Positions 29,689 to 39,024 of a DNA stretch of 64,000 bases are shown piece by piece. Each line of letters begins with the position of its first letter. Positions within the stretch are counted from its first letter, which is position 1. The stretch is from the NCBI GenBank assembly GCA_045568115.1, contig JBJLBO010000005.1:319468-383467 (forward strand), given 5' to 3'. The stretch is from Candidatus Thalassarchaeaceae archaeon (lineage in GTDB: Archaea > Thermoplasmatota > Poseidoniia > Poseidoniales > Thalassarchaeaceae). The position numbers were made by a program, and so were the translations under genes. The notes below the pieces were generated by a model. It saw nothing but the letters and a program-made list of their open reading frames with translations, was not told where the DNA came from and did no database searches.

Positions 29689-30487
29689 CAGACTTTACTT
29701 TTCCACTGTCAATTCTTACAACCCTTGTAGCATATTCAATCAATGATTCGTCATGAGTCACGAAAACGCAGGTAATCCCTTCCGCCTCACATGCCTTGAC
29801 TAGTACTTCCATGACCATAGATGAGGTCTTTGAGTCTAGGTTTCCCGTCAACTCATCACCGAGTAGAAGTCGCGGACTCTTGGCAAGGCTTCGGGCGATT
29901 GCAACCCTTTGTTGCTGCCCTCCACTAATCTCAGCAGGAAATCTATCCTTCTCGTTCTCTAAGCCAACAAGCTGGAGAAGTTGGTTTGCCCTTTCCTCAT
30001 CGCGGCCACCTGCTAATTCTTGAATCAGCAATATATTCTCAAGTACAGTTAGATCTTGGAGAAGATTGAAAAATTGAAACACATACCCAATATTTTCTCT
30101 CCTAAAAGATGTGGCTTTTTCACTAGCCTTTGCCATGGGCCTAGAGTGAGTGAAGTATTCCAAGGGGAAGAATATGATTTTGGCGAGGGGTCGTAGTAAG
30201 AACGCCGTATGCCATGGGAGGGATTCAAGTCGATTCCACCACCTAGGTGCTAAGGCAGGGACTCTAGGCACTTCCTTTCCAGCAAAGTCGAAAGAACCAC
30301 CGGTGGGGGTGTCCAAAGCAGAGAGGCAGTTCAGGAGGGTGGTCTTGCCTGATCCAGAAGGACCAAGGAGAATTATTCTCTCTCCCTCATTAATTTCTAG
30401 ATTAATTCCATCAAGTGCCTTCACAGTTCCTGACGGCATCACATAATGGCGTTTTATTCCCTTCATCTCAACTAATGGTGCCGACAT
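29672..30487 (-). CDS. ABC transporter ATP-binding protein (MacB/LolD-like) with an unusual ~40-aa insertion
   Basis: It has Walker A (GPSGSGKTT), the ABC signature (ISGGQQQRVAIARSL) and Walker B (LLLGDELTGNLD). An aromatic insertion (PRVPALAPRWWNRLESLPWHTAFLLRPLAKIIFFPLEYF) lies between Walker A and the Q-loop. Confidence 0.85.
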   Translation of the reverse strand: MSAPLVEMKGIKRHYVMPSGTVKALDGINLEINEGERIILLGPSGSGKTTLLNCLSALDTPTGGSFDFAGKEVPRVPALAPRWWNRLESLPWHTAFLLRPLAKIIFFPLEYFTHSRPMAKASEKATSFRRENIGYVFQFFNLLQDLTVLENILLIQELAGGRDEERANQLLQLVGLENEKDRFPAEISGGQQQRVAIARSLAKSPRLLLGDELTGNLDSKTSSMVMEVLVKACEAEGITCVFVTHDESLIEYATRVVRIDSGKVKSDEIVE

Positions 30488-30545
30488 AGAACTACTCCGT
30501 AGTTCTCCCTAAGAAGACATTCTAATCAACTTCTCTGTGAAGAAA

Positions 30546-32630
30546 TTAGGAATTGCCAACACCTGCAAAGAATGCCATTGAATCACGGAAGAGTTCCTCT
30601 CTTCGTCGTCTTTTATTTCGCCTCAAATGCATTAATGTGAAAAGAACAGCTAGGAGAATGATGAATGGAATGAAAGCCTCCGCATGGTATCTTTCCATGA
30701 ACTCAATTATCCCACGTGCTGTGTATGCCCATGTCAATGATGCAGCAGTACCTCCAAACAAACAAGCGGCTAATACTCGTTGAAATTTCATTCTAGCAAC
30801 CAGACCTAACATTGCACCAACTAGTACACCACTAGCCATAAACGGGATCCAAACGAAGACTATCAAGAACCAAAATCCGTATTTATCGATTCGGTCTTGA
30901 TTCTTGTGAGCAACGTATTCAACACTAGATAGAATATCTCCCATGAATGGGTTTTGAAGTAATGCTCCGGTTATTCCACCTTGTTTAGCAACCATTGCCT
31001 CGCCAACTAATTCCTCTTCTTCACTTTCTGGCAATATTCCTTTAATTCGTGTCGCAATTCCAAGATAGGGATCAGTTTCGATTGTAGGCTGTTCAACTCT
31101 TCCAGCCATAGCCTGATCTGAAAGTGTTGCCTTCTCATTTCTAGCACTAACAACTAGCACTCTGCCTCCAAGATGAGGTTCGAGAGCGATTTTTAGATGA
31201 TCATGTAAATCATTCTGAAGATCGGAAAATGTTGGCTTGAAAAAGAAATATGAAAATCGCATTACTGGTTGGTATATTACACGTACAAACACAGCATCTT
31301 CATCCGCTAATACAGCAGTACCAAAATCAACAAGATCATGTTTTTTGAACCATCTATTCATGCTAGTATGAGCTGCAGCTTCAAGCCATCCGTATGCGCT
31401 CATCTCAGTGAAAAATGAGGAGTAGTCTTCAAGTGGAGTTATTTTCTCATTTCCTATTTTCAACGACAAACGACTTGATTCATGTGCTTCATATATGCCG
31501 TCATCAATACACATTAGGCGCATTTGCAATGGTCTCATCTCACCAAACACTGCAAATTCTTCCAATAAACTACGAGTCAATACAGCACGGATATCTATAG
31601 GCTCAGATATTGTTGTACTACGAGTTGTGTATGGTATCAAAACATCAATTGAAATTGCACGTTCCTGCATCTTCATCTTTTCAAAATCAATGTCTATTCG
31701 GAGATTCTCTGTAGATTTTCGGAGTATTCTTTGAATTAACCGACGAAGTTGTTTTTCAGTTAGTAAATCGTCTGTATCTCTATGATACATTTTTTGCATT
31801 AGAGGGTATTGTACGCATAGAAAGAACAGAGACATACCCAATGAGACCATTGCCATCCACCAAGCAGGTATTCCAGCGCTTCCGCCGGTGAGCATAGCAG
31901 CCTCACGGCCACCAACCCATTCGGCACCCATCATTATCCAGCCCCATTCCCCTAATCCTTCAATAGTCCAACAAGAGCGTGGGTCTTCATCAATCACCTC
32001 AACATGAGTGGAAATTTCGAGTTCAAATGATTTGGAATGTAATTCCCCTTCGCTAGCCTCGACCAAGACCTGTAATTCCTCTTGAGACATTGACTCAATA
32101 TCATCTTCTACACTGACAAACCAAATTTTGGCTGAGGCATTGTAGTGCCCTTTTTCGAGATCTGATGGGTCATATTCTAAGTCTTGGTCACCTATGCCAC
32201 CTTGTAGTAAATTGACTGATTCGTTTTCAATAAATAACCCAATTACTGTTGGAGTAAATGAATCCACATTATGAGAAATAACCTTCACAACATGTCCATC
32301 AACATCGTAGAATACATTGAACCATACCTCCCCCCTCTTATCGACACATTCTTCACCGGGATCGAGTGGAGTTTGAGATAGTGTTTTGTCAATAACAATT
32401 GAATCTGACGCCACCCCACCAGATGACATAACAAAAACACCGCCAAAGAAGATGGCACCAATGATTACTCCAACAATTAATGTATAATCTTCAAATGCAC
32501 CTCGAAAGAATCTCTTATCTCCTTCACGGCGTTGTCGGATTAGATTCAACTCCTTGTCGAGTTTGTCATTCTCAACCTCATCCAAGGCACTTGCCGCGGT
32601 CACAAACGAGACAGGGATGGTCAAGGACAT
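30546..32630 (-). CDS. Hypothetical large membrane protein (694 aa; N-terminal TM, central and C-terminal TM clusters)
   Basis: It is a long ORF with coding-like composition and no recognisable domain. It lies between the acidic EF-hand protein gene and the ABC transporter genes on the same strand. Confidence 0.5.
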   Translation of the reverse strand: MSLTIPVSFVTAASALDEVENDKLDKELNLIRQRREGDKRFFRGAFEDYTLIVGVIIGAIFFGGVFVMSSGGVASDSIVIDKTLSQTPLDPGEECVDKRGEVWFNVFYDVDGHVVKVISHNVDSFTPTVIGLFIENESVNLLQGGIGDQDLEYDPSDLEKGHYNASAKIWFVSVEDDIESMSQEELQVLVEASEGELHSKSFELEISTHVEVIDEDPRSCWTIEGLGEWGWIMMGAEWVGGREAAMLTGGSAGIPAWWMAMVSLGMSLFFLCVQYPLMQKMYHRDTDDLLTEKQLRRLIQRILRKSTENLRIDIDFEKMKMQERAISIDVLIPYTTRSTTISEPIDIRAVLTRSLLEEFAVFGEMRPLQMRLMCIDDGIYEAHESSRLSLKIGNEKITPLEDYSSFFTEMSAYGWLEAAAHTSMNRWFKKHDLVDFGTAVLADEDAVFVRVIYQPVMRFSYFFFKPTFSDLQNDLHDHLKIALEPHLGGRVLVVSARNEKATLSDQAMAGRVEQPTIETDPYLGIATRIKGILPESEEEELVGEAMVAKQGGITGALLQNPFMGDILSSVEYVAHKNQDRIDKYGFWFLIVFVWIPFMASGVLVGAMLGLVARMKFQRVLAACLFGGTAASLTWAYTARGIIEFMERYHAEAFIPFIILLAVLFTLMHLRRNKRRRREELFRDSMAFFAGVGNS

Positions 32631-32697
32631 GAATTAGACGGTTGAGTATTTTGAGTTATACACAACTCGAACAAAAACAAAAATGCAGAATTCGCAA

Positions 32698-35631
32698 TTA
32701 ATCTCGGCGGGAAATTAAACCTGCACCAATCAAACAAATCATTGCAAGGAATCCACCAAAACCAGGTAATGATACAGGTCCTGCTGTTGAATCATCAGTA
32801 TATTGTCCAGCCCATGTGTCATAAATAGCCACATAGAATCCCATGGAATCATCCACAGAAAGAGTATCTCCGGAAGATATCATGCCATCCATATCTACGT
32901 CTTCGAAGGTGAATGGTATGTCACAACCCATTGTGCAACCAACTTCGGCTGGTGCGCTCGCTATTCCAGATTCCAAGGTCCCACTGGCCACCAAAGAGCA
33001 GTCATCCAGTGAATCGACTTCGTTGCAGTTCAGGAACCTTATCTCGAAGTCCGATATTGGTGCAGCAAAGGTCAAGCCATCAGCAATAGTTCCGAATACT
33101 GGCCCTCCTTCATTTTCATCTCCGCCGCCATCTTCAGACTCGTCAGAGCCATCACCGCAGTCGTCATAGCCATCGTCAACATAGTCCATTGGAATCACAT
33201 TGCCGTTGTCGCAGTAGAATGGGTCATCGCCATCATCGTTGTTGATTTCATCCCACATTTCAGTGAACTCGTAGATGTCGAGACCGTCGCTGTCATCGTA
33301 GTCGTACATGTCCATCATGTAAACGAGATTATTGAAGTCCTCTTCTTCGATAATGTCACCAGTAGAGTTGGCGAAGTCAGCCCACTCAGAGGGAGTGATC
33401 TGCCCGTCACCGTCAGTGTTCATCCATTCGAAGGCTTCGTCGGCAGAATAATCGTCACCATCGCCTTCGTCATCGTCGTCATCCTCAACACAGGTAGTAA
33501 ATTCATCGAGATTGAGCAAGTCGTCCCCATCGGTATCACACCAGGAAAACCAGTTGGCCAATTCCTCCTCGTCGATCTCATCATCCGAATCGTCTCCTCC
33601 CTCGTTGCTGAAATCAATGATGTCTTGGAGGCTCACATAGCCGTCGTCGTCCGTGTCCATCCAGCCGAACATCTGCTCTGGATCCTCATCACCCTCATCA
33701 GGCGCCATGTCCACAATGCCATCGATGAAGCACTGCATCTCGTCGATGTCGATTAGGTCGTTTTCGTCATAGTCGCAATCATCGAACAGTATTGTGACCT
33801 CGTCGTAATCGAGTTCGAAGTTTTCTGGATCAGATTCCCAAGCGTCCTGGAACTCCTGGTAGCTCATGTAGCCGTCATCATTGGTATCTACGTCATCCAT
33901 GGCCTCCTCTGGTGAAGGAGCGCCGTCTTCGTCTGGATCTGGGCCGTTAATCACTGGCGGGAGGGTGTCGAGATATGAGGTTCCGTCGGAGGAATTCTCG
34001 TATCCCTCATTCTGCCCATAGTCGTCAGTGCAATGCCAGTCTGAGTCATGGTGCTCACAGTAATACCACCAAGTTTCCCAATAATCATCATCCTGAGAAT
34101 TCTTGCACCACCAAACTGTCTCGTCAGCCCCGTCCTCGTCGTTGCCTTCCCATTCGCAGTAGCCGTCATAGTAAGATTGCCAAGAGACGTCGTTTTCATC
34201 GTCGCCTTCGTCATCGTCGTCATTTTCGTCCTCATATTCGATTAGCATATCAATAAAATACTGAAGCTCGTCTATTCCTAGGAGACTGTTTCCGTCATCA
34301 TCTGAAGCATCGAAGATTTCTTGAAGGTCTGATATTTCTTCATCAGACTCATCACCCTCAGAGTAAGAGTTCCAGAATTCATCCCAACTGAGATGATCGT
34401 CTCCATCCATATCGAACCATTGCAAAACTTCCTCAGGGCTCGGATCGTCGCCTTCACCTTCTTCTTCGAAGATTGAAACGAATAACACTATCTCATCATA
34501 GTTCAGATAGCCGTCCTCATTTTCATCAGAAGTATCGAATTGCGACTGAAACATTGTTCTCATGCCATCAGATTCCCAACCCTCGTTGTAAGTGAAGTAA
34601 TCATCAATTTCCGACCAAGTAAGTTGATCATCTCCATTTTGATCCATGACATAAAGTAATTCATCAGCAGTCGGACCGTCGTCGCCTTCACCTTCTTCTT
34701 CGTCATCTTCTTCTTCAAATGGATCGAAATCATTGAGACCTTCAAAAATAACTGGAGTCGCCGATTTTGGTAAAGTATCATCTACCTCAATCACAACTGC
34801 ATCTCCCCACATGACCGTGTGGATAATAGTGGAATCATTGGTTCCGTCAACAGAAGTCATTGTGTATGACATTAGATTACTGCTATCATCCAATACAATT
34901 GCCATTTCTGTTGAGGCACCTTCCTCAGTGTAGGTTGCAACCATCGATTGTGAATTTTCTGAAGAGTCGTAACTGAAGCTAGCCTCTAGATCTTCTGGCA
35001 TATCATCCATGACATCGGATTCGGTGTCTTCATCATCCATCATATCATCCATCGTCATCAATGACATGAATGAGTCAGCAACCAGCGATTCAACCAAATC
35101 CATCACAGTTCCCTCAACATCTCTAGTTTGTGCTGAGTAAGACTGTGCGCCTCCAGCATCTGCTGCCATCATTCCAGATACGCTGTTATGTACATTGACA
35201 ACCTGACCCACCTGAATGACCTGATTATCGATAGAAATCATAGGACCCATGCTCAAAACGGTCCTAACCATAGCAGAGTTGTTAGCCAAATCAACCATTA
35301 CATGCTCTTCAATATGTAATCCCTCTAGAGCGATCATCTCACCTTCTCCTCCACTAGAGTTAGTGTACATTACAGTAGAGTAACCGGCACGTGTATTCAG
35401 TTCGAGCATTTCATCAATGTCCATCTGATTGTCCATGGTGTGTATGAAAGTCTCCATAGTGGCTATGAAGAAACAGTCTCCTAGGGCCTCAAGTGTGGCA
35501 TTTTCATCGTAGTTAGCAGCATTTTCATCCATACATCCTAGGATGTCTTCTACTGTATCTCCACTAAGGCAACCGGAGGCAGAAGTAGTGATCATAATCA
35601 GGCTTGTAATAAGAACAAGAGTTCTACTCAT
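32698..35631 (-). CDS. Extremely acidic secreted cell-surface protein with about 10 canonical EF-hand Ca2+-binding loops, a lipobox-like signal and a PGF-CTERM anchor
   Basis: The signal with Cys is LITSLIMITTSASGCLSGD. The EF loops are DQNGDDQLTWSE, DENEDGYLNYDE, DMDGDDHLSWDE, DDDGNSLLGIDE, DTNDDGYMSYQE, DTDDDGYVSLQD, DTDGDDLLNLDE, NTDGDGQITPSE and others. The C-terminus is SLPGFGGFLAMICLIGAGLISRRD. Confidence 0.6.
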   Translation of the reverse strand: MSRTLVLITSLIMITTSASGCLSGDTVEDILGCMDENAANYDENATLEALGDCFFIATMETFIHTMDNQMDIDEMLELNTRAGYSTVMYTNSSGGEGEMIALEGLHIEEHVMVDLANNSAMVRTVLSMGPMISIDNQVIQVGQVVNVHNSVSGMMAADAGGAQSYSAQTRDVEGTVMDLVESLVADSFMSLMTMDDMMDDEDTESDVMDDMPEDLEASFSYDSSENSQSMVATYTEEGASTEMAIVLDDSSNLMSYTMTSVDGTNDSTIIHTVMWGDAVVIEVDDTLPKSATPVIFEGLNDFDPFEEEDDEEEGEGDDGPTADELLYVMDQNGDDQLTWSEIDDYFTYNEGWESDGMRTMFQSQFDTSDENEDGYLNYDEIVLFVSIFEEEGEGDDPSPEEVLQWFDMDGDDHLSWDEFWNSYSEGDESDEEISDLQEIFDASDDDGNSLLGIDELQYFIDMLIEYEDENDDDDEGDDENDVSWQSYYDGYCEWEGNDEDGADETVWWCKNSQDDDYWETWWYYCEHHDSDWHCTDDYGQNEGYENSSDGTSYLDTLPPVINGPDPDEDGAPSPEEAMDDVDTNDDGYMSYQEFQDAWESDPENFELDYDEVTILFDDCDYDENDLIDIDEMQCFIDGIVDMAPDEGDEDPEQMFGWMDTDDDGYVSLQDIIDFSNEGGDDSDDEIDEEELANWFSWCDTDGDDLLNLDEFTTCVEDDDDDEGDGDDYSADEAFEWMNTDGDGQITPSEWADFANSTGDIIEEEDFNNLVYMMDMYDYDDSDGLDIYEFTEMWDEINNDDGDDPFYCDNGNVIPMDYVDDGYDDCGDGSDESEDGGGDENEGGPVFGTIADGLTFAAPISDFEIRFLNCNEVDSLDDCSLVASGTLESGIASAPAEVGCTMGCDIPFTFEDVDMDGMISSGDTLSVDDSMGFYVAIYDTWAGQYTDDSTAGPVSLPGFGGFLAMICLIGAGLISRRD

Positions 35632-35731
35632 ACATTACACGAGTATAGTCGAGTATTTGAACAAATAGCCGTCATTTGTGTGTTTTGGTTTTTAAAGCCT
35701 AAAAATAACACTGTATTCTAAACAAGAAAGA

Positions 35732-35816
35732 TGGTGCAGGGGACAGGATTTGAACCTGCGAAGCACTACGCACTGGGACCTAAACCCAGCCCCTTTGACC
35801 ACTCGGGTACCCCTGC
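35732..35816 (-). tRNA. tRNA-Leu (anticodon UAG)
   Basis: The reverse complement reads GCAGGGGTACCCGAGTGGTCAAAGGGGCTGGGTTTAGGTCCCAGTGCGTAGTGCTTCGCAGGTTCAAATCCTGTCCCCTGCACCA. It has a 7-bp acceptor stem, an anticodon loop TTTAGGT, a long variable arm, a GGTTCAAATCC T-arm and an encoded CCA. Confidence 0.8.
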
Positions 35817-35919
35817 TTATTCCGGACGGTTAGAATATACCTCAAGAATCCAACGGAAGGCGAACCTGACCCCATAGGGTCTTAATGAAGGCGCGAGGCG
35901 AGGCGATTCTGAGGAGCAT

Positions 35920-36930
35920 ATGGCTAGAATAGGAGTTCTTGGATTAGGTAACTGGGGGACCGCACTAGCCAAAGTATGGTGCGAGGACGGTCACAACGTC
36001 ATGGGTTGGACAATAGAACAAGAAGTCTATGAGGCACTAATGACTGGAAATATCAATCACAAATATCTACCAGGACACGAAATTCCAAATCTAGATGTAA
36101 CAATGGAATTGTCGGATATCACTGAAACCTGTGAGATTCTTGTGATCGCTCTACCAAGTGGTGTAATTCTTTCTGTTGTCAATGATTTAATTCCCTTGTT
36201 ACGACCTTCGCATGTTCTTCTCGATTTAGCCAAAGGTCTTGCTCCAAAAGAAGAGAGTGAATCCGGAATGATTTCTCCTGAAATTGAATCTCGTCTAGCA
36301 AATGCTGGAAAATCTAATCCGGTAATTGTACTAACTGGGCCAACTATCGCTCCTGAAGTTGCGAGAGGGGTCGTGACTAGCGCAATAATCGCTTGTCACG
36401 ACAAATCTGTTGCTACGAGAATTTCGGAGCGCCTCTCGACAGAAACGCTTGTTCTCTCATCAACAGATGATGTTATTGGAGCTGAACTTTGGGGTGCATA
36501 CAAGAATACAGTAGCTCTTGCCTGTGGTCTTGTAGATGGTCTAAGAGATGGAATTGGTGGTGACAATCTGAAGGCCGCCTTGGTTTTGGCAGGATTTAGT
36601 GAGGGTATTCGATTACTCGCGGCAATGGGAGCAGAATCCTCTACAGCATTTGGTCCAGCAGGGATTGGAGATCTATACGTTACAGCAACAAGTCCACGTT
36701 CAAGAAATAGAACTCTAGGGGAAAAATTAGGTTCTGGAAAATCGCTTGAGGCTGCATTAGGTGAAATGCACATGGTTGCAGAAGGAGTTAGAGCAACTAG
36801 GATGTTTCTCAAAAGAGCAAGTACGCTTAGTATGGAAGTACCATTCCTTAGTTCATTAGGAAAACTACTCGACGGAGAAATTGAGGTTAACAACGCTGTC
36901 AGAATGATGGTAGAAGCATATGAAGCTTGA
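35920..36930 (+). CDS. gpsA: NAD(P)H-dependent glycerol-3-phosphate dehydrogenase (bacterial GpsA type)
   Basis: The N-terminus MARIGVLGLGNWGTALA is the GpsA Rossmann signature. It is 336 aa with a conserved C-terminal domain (GLVDGLRDGIGGDNLKAALV). Confidence 0.85.
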   Translation: MARIGVLGLGNWGTALAKVWCEDGHNVMGWTIEQEVYEALMTGNINHKYLPGHEIPNLDVTMELSDITETCEILVIALPSGVILSVVNDLIPLLRPSHVLLDLAKGLAPKEESESGMISPEIESRLANAGKSNPVIVLTGPTIAPEVARGVVTSAIIACHDKSVATRISERLSTETLVLSSTDDVIGAELWGAYKNTVALACGLVDGLRDGIGGDNLKAALVLAGFSEGIRLLAAMGAESSTAFGPAGIGDLYVTATSPRSRNRTLGEKLGSGKSLEAALGEMHMVAEGVRATRMFLKRASTLSMEVPFLSSLGKLLDGEIEVNNAVRMMVEAYEA

Positions 36931-37020
36931 AAAAAAAGTTAATAAAATTGTTTCAAAATACAAATTTTCTCAATTACATGAAGCCGATATCAATATCGTC
37001 CATCATCATCCGCCCATAGC

Positions 37021-39021
37021 ATGGCGCACCGCAGTGTACTGCAGATAGCCGTTCTTCTAGCCATGTTTGCAATGGTAACTTCATGGGTCCCTATGAGTGC
37101 TCCAAGTAAGGAACTCACAGTTGATATTGAAGCCCGAGAACAATTTGGAGGAGATGGACCTACTCTTGAAGAACAATGCAGTTCGATAACCTTTGAAGAC
37201 ATGTTTGATTATTCAAATGCGATTTTTGAAATTGAAGTCGCATCTGATTGGAAATCTGCTGATGTTCACGCGGTAGCATGGGTAAATGGCACACTTGCAG
37301 ATGTTGTCAGAACAAATCTTGATACCTTTGTTGCAGAAGTATATCCTAGTGGGGATGACGGATGGATGTCCACCGATGAAAGAGAAGGAGTTCGTGCTAT
37401 TGCCTCAGAGTGTGTTGAGCATACACTAACACGAATTGGGATGAGAGATGGAGGTCCACACCGAGGTGGTGAAGGAACAGACTGGAAGAATATCTCTTGG
37501 ACTGAGGATGAAGTTTTGGTCGAAGAATGGAATCTTGTTCCTGAAGATCACTCTGAAATTCGCTCTTGTTCAGGATTTGGGAGTAGTAATGACTGTGTTG
37601 AGGTCCCAGTAGTCCCTGATTCAAACAGAGACTGTGACACAAATATAGATGAATCAGTAGGATTAGATGAATGCAGATTAATGCTCTGGCTTAATGCGAC
37701 CTTGACAATAAATAACATAAATTCACCTGATGAATTTACTCTTGTTTTCAATGCATCAAACATGTCTAATGCTATCTACAATTTTCATTTCCCATACACG
37801 GAAGGACTTCGTCTCGACATGTGGGATGAATGCGAAGGACGTAACGTTGAGAGCGATGATGGTAATACAGTAGAGACTCCACAACGAGGAACTTGTTTAG
37901 GCGATGGTTCAAGTTCGTATCAATTGGTAGAAGAATTAGATGGTAGCCTAACCTATATCATTGAACCAAACATGCCTATTTGGCCAATTGGAGAAGATCT
38001 TTTTGCCGACTTCACCACTGCACCTATACCAATAGACAACCCGCCTGAATGGACGGAATTGGCACCAGAGGATAATTCATGGTTCCCAAAAAGTAGCGGC
38101 GGGCAACAAGTAATCGCAGAATGGATAGAAATTCAGAACTGGTTTTCTGATGAGGCTGCTCTTTCTTCTTTGATTATCGATTGCAGAGGAGATGCTGGAC
38201 TAAATGTCCAAATTGAAAGTCGAGATTTGTCAATGGATGTTCCTCGTGGAGAAGCAGGAGAAATAACATGTGAGGCAACTGATGAAGCAGGACAGTCTTC
38301 AGGTAATAGAACTTGGAGCGTGGGAGTACCATTTCAAATTTCAACAACTTCCACAGAACTTTCAGACCCTCATCCAATTACTATTAGCCCAACTTCGGGT
38401 TGGCCAGAATTAAGTGTATTAATTGGATTCAGTTCCGAATATGGAGAGAAAGACGATTCTTCAGGTCCTTTTTCACTATATGTCTCTGAAATCACTGCCG
38501 AGGTTGCGTCTTCAACAATAGTCCCTGGCCCTGCATATGTTTGGGTAGAAGTTTCTGGAAATGGCGTTTTTAGTATGGAAGAGTTCTATGATTTTGGAAT
38601 AATCAAAACTGGTTCACCCCCTTCTCTTGTAATTAACTCAGAAGGATGGAATGGAAACTCGTGGTCAATGAATGGACAATTCAGTGATCCCGACGGAGAA
38701 TATGTGACTTTCACCCAATTAATTGATGGCGCCGCAGCTGGAGAAATAACAGTAAATGGAAACTCATGGGCTACTCCTCAGATTGACTTCTCAGTCTGGT
38801 CAGAAGGATCATACACAATAGTGGTAAAGGGATGTGATGAATCAAATCTTTGTGATGAAGTTCAACATATTGTAGACAATACTCACCTATTTGACGAAAC
38901 TAATCCCATCATCGAAGAGCCTGATGACAAGGACTCTGGTTTCTCACTTCCTGCAATTGGGCTACCTGGACTGATAATTGCTTTATCTGCCGCACTCATA
39001 TACTCGGGCCGACGCGACTAG
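37021..39021 (+). CDS. Secreted surface protein (666 aa) with a PGF-CTERM-like (PGL) anchor
   Basis: The signal peptide is MAHRSVLQIAVLLAMFAMVTSWVPMSAPS. The C-terminus is LPAIGLPGLIIALSAALIYSGRRD. Confidence 0.55.
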   Translation: MAHRSVLQIAVLLAMFAMVTSWVPMSAPSKELTVDIEAREQFGGDGPTLEEQCSSITFEDMFDYSNAIFEIEVASDWKSADVHAVAWVNGTLADVVRTNLDTFVAEVYPSGDDGWMSTDEREGVRAIASECVEHTLTRIGMRDGGPHRGGEGTDWKNISWTEDEVLVEEWNLVPEDHSEIRSCSGFGSSNDCVEVPVVPDSNRDCDTNIDESVGLDECRLMLWLNATLTINNINSPDEFTLVFNASNMSNAIYNFHFPYTEGLRLDMWDECEGRNVESDDGNTVETPQRGTCLGDGSSSYQLVEELDGSLTYIIEPNMPIWPIGEDLFADFTTAPIPIDNPPEWTELAPEDNSWFPKSSGGQQVIAEWIEIQNWFSDEAALSSLIIDCRGDAGLNVQIESRDLSMDVPRGEAGEITCEATDEAGQSSGNRTWSVGVPFQISTTSTELSDPHPITISPTSGWPELSVLIGFSSEYGEKDDSSGPFSLYVSEITAEVASSTIVPGPAYVWVEVSGNGVFSMEEFYDFGIIKTGSPPSLVINSEGWNGNSWSMNGQFSDPDGEYVTFTQLIDGAAAGEITVNGNSWATPQIDFSVWSEGSYTIVVKGCDESNLCDEVQHIVDNTHLFDETNPIIEEPDDKDSGFSLPAIGLPGLIIALSAALIYSGRRD

Positions 39022-39024
39022 GTC

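Noticed and set aside
32698-35631. DNA-level repetitiveness (GAT/GAC/GAA-rich) in the acidic protein gene, considered as a CRISPR or tandem repeat array
   Set aside because: There are no regularly spaced identical repeats with unique spacers. The periodicity reflects Asp/Glu codons of EF-hand repeats within a continuous ORF.
36928-36960. A8 run immediately after the gpsA stop, considered as a terminator
   Set aside because: Archaeal terminators are oligo-T on the coding strand. This is oligo-A on the gpsA strand, and no minus-strand gene ends here.
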